This document shows, one piece after another, positions 10,830 through 23,220 of a stretch of DNA of 64,000 bases. This stretch comes from Octopus vulgaris (taxonomy: Eukaryota): positions 60,574,001 through 60,638,000 of the forward strand of contig OX597828.1 in assembly GCA_951406725.2 (NCBI GenBank), written 5' to 3'. How positions within the stretch are numbered: position 1 is the stretch's first letter; every line of letters begins with the position of its first letter. The notes under the pieces were generated by a model. The model saw only the letters and a list, made by a program, of their open reading frames with translations, ran no database searches and was not told the origin of the DNA. The translations under genes and the position numbers were made by a program.

Positions 10830-13355
10830 ATATGGAATGAAATATAGCGACTGCTCTCTATTGTTGCAGGGGAACTGACACATCCGGTTTGCAGTTGAAA
10901 AAGATTATGAAACGAAACTAGATGAATCGAAAATCATGATGGAAAATTTAAGGAAAGTCTTATAATGATAAGAGAAGTACTAAAAAAACTGGATCAAAGT
11001 GTTAATATACTTCTGATGGGTGACTCAAACTTCACCAACATCAAATGGCGCGAAGGCTACATAATCTCGCAAAGAGCGTAATCAAGCAGAATCTCTACTT
11101 GACCTCACAAAAATGCTGTTCATGGAGCAAACAATACTCTTCCCAACCAGGAATGATAACATATTAGACCTCTGTTTCACCAACAATGTAGGTCTTATCC
11201 ATAACATGAAGGTAACGCTGACAATCTTTTCAGGCCACAGCATGGTAGAACGACGATGTATAGTCCAAAACCAATTAATGATGTATTCCACACAGACGAC
11301 ACCCAAACTCTGTCTAGTCTAAACTTCTACAAGACTGAGTGGAAGTCAAATGAAAAATGGGTTACCCAGCAAAATTAGCCAAGAAGTCTCTCTATGCAAG
11401 ACATGGATATGAAACTTAAATAATTCATCTCAATAATGCGAGCCATACACATTAAATTTGCCCCAGAGAAGAGACCGACCACATACAAAAATATCATTCC
11501 CTGAAAAGGGAGAATCCTTATGAGAAGAAGAATAAAGATCTCTAATCGCTTAAATAAACAACTTAATGACAGCGAGAAATCCTTCCTAGAAGAGAGACTT
11601 TTAGAGATCGAAAATATACTCAGCCTCTCCCATGAAAAGGAAAGGGTAAAAAAAGAAACTGAGGCGGCGGAAAATATAAAATTAACTACTAAAGCATTAT
11701 ACAAGTTCGCGAAAGAGTCTGCCTTGGTGCACTATAAAATAGGACCACTGTTTGAAGAAGACGGCTCGGTAACTGCAGACCCCAAGAGGATGGGTGAAGT
11801 ACTAAATAAGCAATTTCAGAGTCTCTTCACCTCTCCACAGGGAAACATGCAAACAAGAAACCTTTGAGAGTTTTTCAACATTGCAAATCTACATGAGAAA
11901 AAGGCAACAATCGATTACATCGACATAAAAGAGAAAGATGTAATATCGGCCATTGATGAGATGAGCTCAGACTCAGCAACGGGCTCAGATGGGTTTCCGG
12001 TGGTTCTCCTGAAGACATGCATGAAAGCTCTTGCAAAACCACTGCAGGTACCTTTTCAGAGATTCCTTCCATGTGGAAAACTTCCCAAACTGTTAAAAGA
12101 TGGTATTCATATGTCCTGTCTATAAAGGAGGAAGCGGAGCAGATGCTAAAAATTATAGGCCTATCTCTCTGACCTCACATGTTAGCAAGGTCATGGGACG
12201 CATTGTCAGAAGGAGACTGATCACGTTCCTGGAAGAGAATAACTTGCTCACAAACACGCAGCGTGGTTTCAACCCAGAGAGGGGCGGCCTCACACAGCTA
12301 CTGAAACATTAATACTGGGTACAGAAACAGTAGTTCAACCACTCAAACGTGGATGTGATATATCTCGACTTTGCTAAAGCCCTTGACAAAGTTGATCATG
12401 GGATGATAAGTCACAAACTACAAAAACTTGGTACTACTGGAAAACTGGGATAGAGGCTGCACTACTTTTTAAAAGACAAAAGTCAGACAAAGGTTGTAGC
12501 TAAAGGGGCTCTCTATGGAGAGACATAAATCCACAAAGGAGTCCCTCAGGGAACTATACTGGGGACCACTAACGTTTATAGTGGATCTGTCAGACATGCC
12601 GTCATTCGTACAGTCAGCCATTATCACCAGCAACGCCGATGATACAAAGGTATCTCAGGCGGTCAAGAACTCTGAGGACGTAGTAAAACTGCAAAATGAC
12701 CTGCATGCAAATTATAAATGGGCTGATGAAAATAACATGCAGCTCAATGCTGATAAGTTTCAAGCACTCCCTTATCGGCCCACAAACAGACTATAATCGG
12801 AGTACATAGGACCAAGGGACAGTGCAATTCCACACTTAGAATCATAGGTGATCTGGACATTCATATGAGCAGTGATGCAACATTCCATGTGCATATTACC
12901 AGGATGGCAATACTGTGCAGACGCGTAGCTAGAGGGATCCTTAGCTCATTCAAAACCAGAAAAAAGGACACCTTGTTAATCCTATAGGAGACATTTGTTC
13001 TCAGTCGTCTGGATTACAGCTCCCACTTGTGGTCATCTCAGAGCGCCAAACTGGTGGCAGAACTTGAGGCCATCCAGCGTCATTACACAAAGAAGAATGA
13101 CTCAGTGTAACAGATGAGGAGCTACTGGGAGAGGCTACAAGAATTGAAGCTCTACTCTCTGGAGAGAAGGCGAGAAAGATATGTAGTGATATATATATGG
13201 AAGATCCTGGAAGGTCTAGCTCCCAACTTTGGAATTAAAAGCTATACCAGCCACCGAACTCGACGGCACTGCATAATACCAATGATACCGTCTTCTTCGT
13301 CACAGTATTGCAACAGCTTGGGTTTTAGGGGATCACAATTTTTTAGTATCCTGTA
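10830..13355 (+). mobile_element. Decayed CR1/L2-superclade LINE ORF2 (APE-RT)
   Basis: APE PTRNDNILDLCFTN; RT NYRPISLTSH, IYLDFAKA, VPQG and NADD; C-terminal LYSLERRRERY. Same lineage as 2900-4900. Confidence 0.85.
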
Positions 13356-13384
13356 TGTTGAAGGTATATGTGCGAACCTGTGCT

Positions 13385-14814
13385 AGTGTGTGTGTGTGTG
13401 TGTGTGTATGTACGTGTGTATATGTGTGTATGTGTGTATCATGTGCGTATGTGCGTGTGTATATGTGCGTGTGTGTGTATGTGCGTGTTTGCATGTGTGT
13501 ATGCGCGTGCGTGGGGTTGTGTGGGATAGGTATCTGTGCATTCCTGAGCGTGTGTATGTGTGGGTGTGTATGTATACGTGTGTGTATGTGTTTGGAAGTA
13601 TGTGTATATGTGCATGTATGTGTGTTGTATGTGTGTGGTGTGTGGGGGGTATATGTGCGTTCGTGGATACGTACGTATGTGTGTGCATGTGTGCGTGTAT
13701 ATAGACATAAAAAACAATATATATATATATATATATATATATGTATAGTTCAAATTTACAGAAAACAAAATTCGAAGATAGGTGAAGGAATAACAAGCAA
13801 GTGTATTTAGTTTAACCCCCGGGAAGAATGGAAAAGTCTTTAATGTGTTGAACCTACGCTCTTCGATAGAAATATCCCTGTTGAAAAGCAAAATATGGAG
13901 TGGGAACGAAAGAAGAAAAATGGCGAGCGAAAAGAGTGTCGGGGTTAACGGTTCAACATGATGAAATGACCGGAAGAAAGTGTGAGTGAAAAGAAGGAAA
14001 GAACGTTGACTGGGCTGAACTAGGATGTGCAAGCGCAAATGTGTATGTGAGGATGGTGTGTGTGAGTTTGTATGGGTTAACGGTTCAACATGATGAAATG
14101 ACCGGAAGAAAGTGTGAGTGAAAAGAAGGAAAGAACGTTGACTGGGCTGAACTAGGATGTGCAAGCGCAAATGTGTATGTGAGGATGGTGTGTGTGAGTT
14201 TGTATGGGCAATAAAGAAATAAGAATGGGGGCGAGCGCGTGTGGAAATATGTGTAGGTGAGCTTAAAATTATGTGGGTCTTTGTGTGCGCGCGTGTGTGT
14301 GTGCGTGTGTGTGTGTATGAATAGGTAACTTAGTGCGTGCATTTTGTGGAGTCATGTATGTTTCGTGTATTTGTGTGTGTGTGTGTATGAACGTGTATAC
14401 ATGTGTGTGAGGCTGTGTATAGTATGTGTGTGAGGCTATCGTATGTGTCTGTGTGTGTGCGTATGCAAACGCTTGTGTGTAGTAGTTGATATGTGCTTGT
14501 TCGAGTGGTGTGTGTATGTATGTGTGTCTGTATATATTAGTGCATGGAGTGTGTGTGTATGTGTTAGAACATGAAGTGTGTGTGTGTGTTAGTGCATGGA
14601 GTGTGTATGTGTGTGTGTATTGTGTATGTTTATGTGCGAAAGTTGTATGTGTGTGCAAGTTGTCTTGTCAGGCGTGTTGTGTGCATGTGCATTGTGTGTG
14701 CTCATTGGAGTGAATAGTGTGTACGGGTGTTTGCATAATGCTGTGTGTGGTGAGGGTACTGAGTTAGGCGGTGTAGTATGTGGTGTGAGTACTGAGTTGA
14801 ACAGTGTGTATGTG

Positions 14815-14860
<46 letters not shown>
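13385..14860. repeat. GT-rich degenerate microsatellite region containing a perfect 132-bp tandem duplication (13942-14073 / 14074-14205)
   Basis: Seen directly; the duplication junctions share GGG. Confidence 0.85.
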
Positions 14861-14865
<5 letters not shown>

Positions 14866-15225
14866 AAGGACACTCCCGTCGAAGACGACGTATGAGGGTT
14901 CAACTCTTTATGCCCTGTTCTTGTTACCATTTTTACCCCTCCGCAAAAAATCCAAAATTTTATTTAATTTGCTTTGCGGGAAGGACTATTTCAACGAATT
15001 CGCGTCTTGTCCGTACCCTCGGAACGCGGAGTAGATGAAACAGGGACAACTGAAGAAGGGGAATATTCCTTCTGTTGTATGTCTTGTACTCTGTTTTTTC
15101 GTTGTTTGAAAAAAAGTCCGTTTCCATGTTTTTGTTTCTCATTGTGTTCGACGTTTTTTCGATGTCCTGTACCCATATATGCATGTATATATGCATATAT
15201 TTATATATTATTTATATTATTTTAT

Positions 15226-15264
<39 letters not shown>

Positions 15265-15331
15265 GTAAATTTGGCTTACAGCTGTTTCCAGTAGGCATAT
15301 TACTGATACCTTTAATCAATTAGTCTATTAG

Positions 15332-15367
<36 letters not shown>

Positions 15368-15402
15368 GGAGTCAAACGCAGGTGTTATTCAAATCTTTTT
15401 AC

Positions 15403-15486
15403 TTCCGGCATATGTTTCAAAGAAAACATTGGTATTATTCCAGAAGGAATAATGATGTAAAACAATGCAATCTTCTCATCAGGGAA
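15403..15486 (-). ncRNA. Type I hammerhead motif with a mutated cleavage triplet (GCC)
   Basis: TTCC-CTGATGA-GAAGA...TCTTT-GAAAC-ATAT-GCC-GGAA. Confidence 0.6.
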
Positions 15487-15489
15487 AAA

Positions 15490-16070
15490 AAGAAACCAAA
15501 CATATCAGTAAGACATTTTAACAAAATGTGATGATTGCGTATATGATGAAGGGAACGCAAGCGAGTTTTTTTTTTTTAAACCGTTAATAGATATAAAGTC
15601 AAAGTCAGTTTTTAGAAAGAGAAGGAGGAGAAAGAAATTAGCAGAAAACTAATAGTGGAGCGATAGGTGAATAGGAATAAATCTTAAAGGCTTGGAAGTA
15701 GATACATTTAGTGGAAGTGAAATGTAAGAAGATAGTAGAGGTCGAATTTTATAGAATGGTAGAAATCACTTTTATGAACTAGAGTTATGCTTTTGCCCAA
15801 GTTTGCAACGATAAACACGTCCTTTAAACGTTTAAAGGGGCCTAATCTAAGCATATGCTTGCAGATTGAAGGAAGACGATGTTGAGAGGGCATTTACCCT
15901 AGTATTCAGGACAACTGGTTTTGTGGAGTCTCCGCGAGCAGCCATGGGAAGCCTCCCTCATTTTGCTGTTAGAATTTATATTGTTATAATTTTTACTTTT
16001 TACACTCGTCTTTATGTAAACTCACATGTACCGCCCCGAATGTATTTTTTTGCGAACTCTCAGTGGTAAA
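15490..16070 (-). mobile_element. Penelope-like element fragment (pre-RT region)
   Basis: VFIVANLGKSITLVHKSDFY resembles the PLE ADKG motif region; lies upstream of the hammerhead on the same strand. Confidence 0.45.
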
Positions 16071-16077
16071 TGAAAAA

Positions 16078-16280
16078 GCGGTCGTCGAGCTGACAGGATC
16101 GTTAGCACGCCGGGCACAATGCTTAGCGGCATTTCGTCCATCTTTACGCTGAGTTCTACTACCGCCGGGGTCGACTTTGCCTTTCATCCTTTCGGGTCGA
16201 TAAAATAAGTATCAGCTGAACATTGGGGTTGATTATATCCCCTCCCTCGAAATTGCTGGCCTTGTGCCAAAATTTGAAAT
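16078..16280 (+). mobile_element. tRNA-derived SINE with Nin/Deu-like central domain
   Basis: Contains GCCTTTCATCCTTTCGGGTCGATAAAATAAGTA; homologous to copies at 59927 and 61654. Confidence 0.75.
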
Positions 16281-16303
16281 CATCATCATCATTATTATTA
16301 TTA

Positions 16304-18290
16304 CTAGTACATGACCGTCAATAAGAAAAAGGTTTTGCTATGTTTAGAATAACATTTGAATTTAACTCAACTATTGTTTGAAAAACACACAAAAGATATA
16401 ATTTGATAATATATTTACATATTCTTATTTATGCAAATACTTTACAAAATCAGTAATAAAATAACAAAGAAAATATTAAGCAAATCTGTACTTATTATAT
16501 AGGTAGCATATAGGCGCAGGAGTGGCCTATATGGTTCCGGGTTCAGTCCCACTGCGTGGCATCTTGGGCAAGTGTCTTCTTCTATAGCCTCGGGCCGACC
16601 AAAGCCTTGTGAGTGGATTTGGTAGACGGAAACTGAAAGAAGCCCGTCGTATATATGTATATCTATGTGTGTGTGTGTTTGTGTGTCTGTGTTTGTCCTC
16701 CTAGCATTGCTTGACAACCGATGCTGGTGTGTTTACGTCGCCGTCACCTAGCGGTTCGGCAAAAGAGACCGATAGAATAAGTACTGGGCTTTCAAAGAAT
16801 AAGTCCCGGGGTCGATTTGCTCGACTAAAGGCGGTGCTCCAGCATGGCCGCAGTCAAAGGACTGAAACAAGTAAGTATATCAATATTTACACTATTTCCT
16901 TATAGACAACATTACGCATAAGTCTTTTTACACTTTCATTATGACGTCTACTTGTTCCTGATCTGGTAAATTCTTTTTGATCAGCAAATATTTAAATTTT
17001 CACTGGATCCCCAACCTTATATATAACTGGCCATGAGTAAATACAGGCGCAGGCATGTAGATGCTGCACTTAGAAAGGCTTTGTCCTTCACTTTTGTTTA
17101 TAGACATCACGAAAGCAGATCTCATTGGAAATTGTCGTTTTTTCAAAGTAAAGGGCAAATCAGTATCAGATGGTTGCAGAATAATGCGAGGAATCAAAAG
17201 TGTGCGTCCTGCATCAACACCAGTTATTTTACTTGCAGTGATCACATTATCTGACGTGCGCCATTGCAGTGCCCATTTCTCTGATCTAAGTTTCTTAGCA
17301 ACATTATAGGAACACCCGTTTTTAATTTGATAAATGACGTGGCATGCTACTTATATTAAGAGAATTAAGAAATTCAGGAAGATAGAGTGAAGATTGTTGG
17401 TCTTCTGCAACAGAATCACCTAAAAGTATATGTCTCACCTGGAAATTTCTAGATTATGTGGTTATTTAGATTGTCAACTTCTTCATTCTTTGTTGATAAT
17501 ATTGCTCGTGATGTTAACCATTACGCATTGTTAAAATTAACCTGTAAATCTTCATAGACATGGTTGATCAAATCCTTCTTGCCGTTGACTTGAAATTGCT
17601 GAGGAATCTCTATTACATCATCATATAATTGTCTTTGAACATTAGGGATTCTTCCATCACCAATTTGCAATGTCAAGCTTGAGAGGTGGTATCATTATTG
17701 TTGAGACAGTTTTGCACTCTCATATTAGTGGTGAGATGAAGTACTTCGCATTCGTGCCAAATAATGGATTTTTTTCAAACATGTTCCAATTAGAGAAGAC
17801 CTTTGTGCTCTTCGAACCACTGGAAGAATTTGATGGAAATCACCACCTAAAATTATCAATTTGCCGCCAAAGATCAAATCGTTGTTCATTACATCCTTCA
17901 GTGTTGGATTCAGCGCTTCAAATAGATAATGATGACATATGGGTGCCTCGTCTCAAACAATCAAGCGTGCATCATGAAGCAAACGGCCAGTGACATCAAG
18001 GGGAGATATTTTGCATGTTGAATTACAGTTTACCGGTATGAGGAGCTTGAATCGAGAGTGAGCAGTGTGACCTAGCTTCAATAGTGTCGCAATAGTTAGC
18101 TGGTTGTTTTTGCGCACATAAGATAGTAGTATGTTAAGAAGAAAAGTTTTGCCAGTACCCCCGGGTGCATCAATAAATATCAAACCACCTTCATTTCTAT
18201 CAATTTTCTGTTGAATATTTTCAAAAATGATTCTCTGGTCATTATTTAGCATGTGGATGTTAGCATTGAAAAATTGAACCAGTGCGTGTG
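16304..18290 (-). mobile_element. Helitron remnant (Pif1-like helicase 3' part)
   Basis: LIFIDAPGGTGKTFLL (Walker A) and QFPMRSAFVMSINKSEGQSL...VFTHGQLY; putative 3' CTAG|T end at 16304; interrupted by a SINE. Confidence 0.85.
16513..16875 (+). mobile_element. tRNA-derived CORE-like SINE
   Basis: GGTTCAGTCCC B-box region, CORE-like GGCATCTTGGGCAAGTGTCTT, internal microsatellite and conserved 3' tail; several copies in the window. Confidence 0.8.
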
Positions 18291-18399
18291 TTAATAATAT
18301 TGGCCTAATGACTCACCCTAGACACAGCAAAATTTAATGTATTTACGCATAAATACCCTTACTTCATAGTATTCACCCAGACTTATAAAAGATTCTGGC

Positions 18400-18835
18400 C
18401 AACGTCTCTTGTTGTCGCCAACTGCAATAGGGAAGTCACTGGTAAATACCATTGAGTAAGTTTGATTTGATCTCATTGAAGCGGTCCTTCTGTTATTTTG
18501 TCAAACTGTGATAAGGGCGAATGTGGAGATAACCGTCGCTGTTAAATTGCCTATAAATAGTCTCATCTTAATTATTCTATCGCACATCCTGACTATCTCA
18601 ATAACTTTCTCCGCTAACAGAATGGCTACTTTACTCTGCTGTCACTATTACTCACCCCACAAAATTTATCGCTGTTTCTTGCTTGTGATGACTTTAGTTG
18701 AGGATCCTTTCCACCTTATCTCTTCCACGCAGCACACATCCACTCATCTCCTTTCCAGTCTTTCTACAATCGTACCGGACCTAACTTTAATCTTGCTTAT
18801 GTTTATGGTTGCATCTCTAAAGGGTGCCACCGGTG
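18400..18835 (-). mobile_element. RTE LINE APE-endonuclease fragment
   Basis: Minus-strand translation ATINISKIKVRSGTIVERLERR*VDVCCVEEIRWKG. Confidence 0.65.
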
Positions 18836-19637
18836 GAAAACTGCTTTGTTGCTGGTTCATTACTGTTTGACGGTTTCAGCATCTGTGAGGAATAAGAAAA
18901 CTAGCACTGCAGTTTGATGGGAGTTGGTAGAGATGCACACATTATTGGTTTCTTTTTATTTATCAGGTCTTCCCATAAGTTCTGTCCGATTTTACTTTTT
19001 TAAAAATTGAATGAAATTTAATAGTATTTTAGAATGACTAATGGAATTAAAATTATTTTTATGTATTTGTGTACATTTAAACTAATTAAATATTATTTTA
19101 CAGAATGATAGAATTAAAATTTCTTTGATTAAAACCCTTTCTAACATGGAAGTATCCAAAGAGCATTTGAGGCACAGAATCCTTTATGAGTACAAAAAGT
19201 AAACTTTGCAGCTGAAGCAATGCGAAATATACACTCAGTTTATGGGAAAGAATGCTTGAATGAAAGAACTTGCAGAAGATGGTTTGCAAAATTCAGAAGT
19301 GGAGATTTCAGCCTTCAATATGAAGATCGAACAGGACGTCCAGTTGAGTTTGATGATAAGCTCCTTGAGGCATTACTTGAAGAAAATCCTGCATTATCAG
19401 TTGAAGAATTGGCAATAAAGCCTAGTTCAAACCATACAACTGTTTATCGTCATCTTCAACAACTTGGAAAGGTTCCTAAATTTGGAAAATGGGTGTCTCA
19501 TGAATTGTCCAAAGGGAACCGCAAAGCCCGAGTTGACATCTGCTCTTCTCTCCATTCCCGCGAACTCATTTCACCCTTTTTGGATAGACTGGTGACGAAA
19601 AATGGATCTTCTATCGAAATGTTAAACGTCGTAATAA

Positions 19638-19913
19638 GGCGCAGGAGTGGCTGTGTGGTAAGTAGCTTGCTAACCAACCACATGGTTCCGGGTTCAATAT
19701 ATATGTGTGTGTATGTGTTTGTGTTTGTCCCCCTAGCATTGCTTGACAACCGATGCTGGTGTGTTTACGTCGCCGTCACTTGGCGGTTCGGCAAAGAGAC
19801 CGATAGAATAAATACTGGGCTTACAAAGAATAAGTCCCGGGGTCGATTTTCTCGACTAAACGGCGGTGCTCCAGCATGGCCGCAGTCAAAATGACTGAAA
19901 CAAGTAAAAGAGT

Positions 19914-19976
<63 letters not shown>
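19638..19976 (+). mobile_element. CORE-like SINE (internally deleted) with (GA)n tail, inserted in the mariner transposase
   Basis: Head GGCGCAGGAGTGGCTGTGTGGTAAG; same 3' tail as the 16513 copy; splits the transposase frame. Confidence 0.85.
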
Positions 19977-19977
<1 letters not shown>

Positions 19978-20524
19978 CTTGGTAAAAGGGAAAAAGCTCA
20001 ACCGCAACCGAGAAGGGAACTTCATGGAAAAAAGGTTCTTCTCTCAATCTGGTGGGATTGCAAAGGAGTAATTCACTTTGAATTGTTACCACCTAATGTA
20101 ACAATCAATGCTCAAGTCTACTGTCAGCAATTAGAGTGTTTGAACCAAGCTTTGAAGAAAAAAAAGACCCGCTTTAGTGAATCGAAAAGGAGTGATGTTT
20201 CATCAGGACAATGCGTGACCCCACACTGCAAAGATCACATCACAGAAGATCGAAGAGTTCTCCTGACCTTGCTCCTTCAGACTACCATTTGTTTTGTAGT
20301 TCACAGAAGCATTTGGGGGACATAACTTTCGCAAGCCAGGAGGAGGTCAAAACTGACATTTCAGAGTTCTTCGCTTTGAAACCAAAAAAGTTTTACATTG
20401 ATGGGATTAAAAAGCTTATTAATAGATGGAAGAAAGTCATAGATAATCAGGGAAATTACATTGATGATTAAATTTCAATTAAACATAACATTTGGTCACT
20501 TGTTTTCTTTATTCAAAATTCGCA

Positions 20525-20667
20525 CAGAACTTATGGGATAACCTGAACTTATGGGATGACCAGAACTTATGGGATGACCAGAACTTATGGGATGACCAGA
20601 ACTTATGGGATGACCAGAACTTATGGGATGACCAGAACTTATGGGATGACCTTATGGGATGGCCTGA
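20525..20667 (+). repeat. 18-bp minisatellite (CAGAACTTATGGGATGAC) x7 plus a partial unit
   Basis: The unit matches the reverse complement of the mariner left TIR core with one mismatch. Confidence 0.9.
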
Positions 20668-20799
20668 TGATTGCCCTCATTCAACCATTCTGGAACACTT
20701 ACTGAACATGTTACTAAAAGTGCCGTTTACGACGATTATGAATATTCCTAATGCTATTAACATTACCGATTTAATGGGGTGTGCTATGATCTCTTATCT

Positions 20800-23220
20800 A
20801 TTTAAAATCGATGGCATGATACTGATATAGGGGAGAAAGTAGTATCTGCTACATGAAATGTATGATATATGGGAGGAGGATGCAGGTAGAAAAACGATCT
20901 CTCGTACAGATGGTGGAAGTGGGAAAAGGATGGACGCTACAAAATTTTATGAAAGGAAAAGTATACATTATTCAGAGACAACATGGACGTAGCGAAGAAG
21001 GAAAAGAAGGGGCCGCTTTAACACCTTTGAGCGGAGTAGTCAGTGAATGAATGTGACAGAATTAAAGATAGGAAAGAAGAGAAATTATCATAGCATGCTT
21101 TTGTCCGTATATCGTCAAGTGGTTGTTTGAGAGGAGTGAGCTTATAGACTTGAGGAAACATATAAAGAGGAGCCCGACAAGAAGGAAAGCCGACACAGGT
21201 GGACCCAAACTGACGTGGGACGGTACACTTGATTTACATTCATGAACAATGCAGAGGGAGAGAAAAATATGGGAAAGGAATTGAACAAAAACTCCCACGA
21301 GAGGAAAAATATTTAATATTCAGAGAGAAAAGGGATATATTTAGGAGGGACAACAAGGGGTTGCTTTAATATCTTAGAACGACGTTGAGAGTGAAAGTAC
21401 GTAACATGATAAAGGGTAGTTAAAGCAGAAATTGGTATCTGGACTTTTCATGCTTTTGTCCATTAATCAAAAATCAGTTTTCTGATTGTACAAATATATA
21501 GAAAGGAACACAGCTTAAAAAAAAAAAACGTCGTTAGAGGGCGATCCATAAGTGAGTGGATGTGGGGAACCAACTTATTTGACATAGGTGAGCGATGCTG
21601 AAAGAAAAATATATGGAAGAAACTTTCATGAGAGGAAAATATCATTAAGAGAAAATGAACATACTGAAGAAAATAAAATAAAGGACAGATTTAATATCTT
21701 TGAACGAAATAGTCTGTGAATGCATGTGACAAAATCATAGATAAAAATAAAATGGTGCCCTATCTTAGCATGATTTTGTCTATTTATAATAAAGTGTTTC
21801 TCTGATACCAGTGAGATCATAGAATTGTATATATAGCAATGCACTATAGGAAGGAAGTCGATAGAGAGGGATCTAAAATGACAGGAGTTGGTACACTTAA
21901 TTCAAATGTGTTAGCGAGAGCAAAAATATGCAAGGGAAATTTCGCGAGCTACAAACATTCATAAAAAGAAAATAATTTTATTAGTAAAGGAAAATATAGA
22001 CATAGTGGGGAAAGAAAAATAGAGGCAGCTTTTCCAACTTGGACAAGGAGTGGGTGAATGCATGTGACAGAATTGAATATAGCGAATAATTGAAGATTTA
22101 TGCTTTGTCATGTTAACATGTTTTTAACAGTTTATCGCAAATTGGATCTCTGATAGGAGTAAAGTCATAAATCTTGGAGAAATACATAAAAAAAAAGTAC
22201 AGGAAGGAAGTCGACAAAGAAACGCTTATAAATGAGTGAAGGGTGAGTACACTTGATTTACACTCTTGAGCGGTACTGAAAAAGAGAAAAAAATATATGG
22301 AAGGAACAATGCTGGAAGAGAGAAATATTAGAAAGGAATATTTAACGAGCAGCAAAATTTGCTGAAAAAAAAAAATTAAAAGAAAATATGGACATACCGA
22401 AGAATGAAAATATGGTGTACCTTTAACGTCGTAATACGAAGTAAGCCATGTGACGGAATTAATGATCGGCGTCTTATCATAGGATAGTTTCGTCCATTTA
22501 TCGAGAATTGGTTCTCTGATTAAAATTCACTTTAGGGTTGTAGAAATGGATAAAGTGGAACACGACAGAAAAGAAATCGATAGCGAGAAAGGTGCGAGTG
22601 GCAAGCATGAGTGTTGTTGCAGGACGAAAAAGGAAGATTCAGAGAGTTGTAAATGTTCATTAGAGGGAAAACATACAATATTTAAAAATTGCATTATATA
22701 TTGATGAGGAAAAAAAGGGACAGCCTTAACAGACTGGTGAGAATTAAAAACAAGGAAAAACGGAAATGTGTACCTTATCATTGCATGTTTTTACCTGTTC
22801 ATCGTAAAAGGTTTCTGTGATAGAAGTGAAGTCATAGAATTGTGGAACTATATAAAGAGAAACACGAGAGAAAGGAAGTCGACACTGAGAGACCCATAAT
22901 TGCCTGGGGGCATATTGCATGAGGAATGACAGCGAAAAAATATATAGAAAGAAAATTTAGCGAGCTATATCTTATATATGCGGGAAAAATATTATTAAAG
23001 GAGAACATGGACATAGTAAGAAAAGGGAAAAAAGGGGGTCGCTCTAACACTCTAGAATAAAGTAGTCTGTGTGTGCTTGAGACAGAATTATGAATAAAAC
23101 ACTGAAACTGGCGCCTTATCTTAATATGTTTTCGCCGTTTATAATAAATTGTTTCTCTGATAGTAATGAAACCCCAGAATTATAGAAATATATAAGGAGA
23201 ACAGCATGAAAAAAAGTAAC
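20800..23220. repeat. Diverged tandem array, ~300-370 bp unit, at least 7 copies
   Basis: Motif CATGxTTTTGTCCxTTTAT...TCTCTGAT recurs near 21088, 21447, 21763, 22110, 22477, 22778 and 23119; the AGGAAGTCGA motif recurs in phase. Confidence 0.7.

Larger units (their letters stand above)
18963..20667 (+). mobile_element. Mariner (DD34D) transposon, inactive, with a SINE insertion and an amplified right TIR
   Basis: Left TIR TCAGGTCTTCCCATAAGTTCTG after TA; transposase motifs RWFAKFRSG, GKWVSHEL, LSIWWD and SPDLAPSDYHLF; right TIR ends ...GGCCTGA at 20667. Confidence 0.9.

Noticed and set aside
13830-13872. Minus-strand hammerhead-like remnant TCGAAGA-GCGTAGGTTC-AACAC
   Set aside because: Both core halves are altered and stem I is not evident.
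17000-18252. Host PIF1 helicase gene
   Set aside because: Intronless, frameshifted, and ends in a Helitron-type CTAG terminus; assigned to a Helitron.
19220-20471. SETMAR-like host gene (also 51900-52760)
   Set aside because: No SET domain; TIRs, TA target sites and disabling mutations indicate plain mariner copies.
20525-20667. Regular short repeats as a possible CRISPR array
   Set aside because: Units are contiguous with no spacers, derive from a mariner TIR, and the DNA is eukaryotic.
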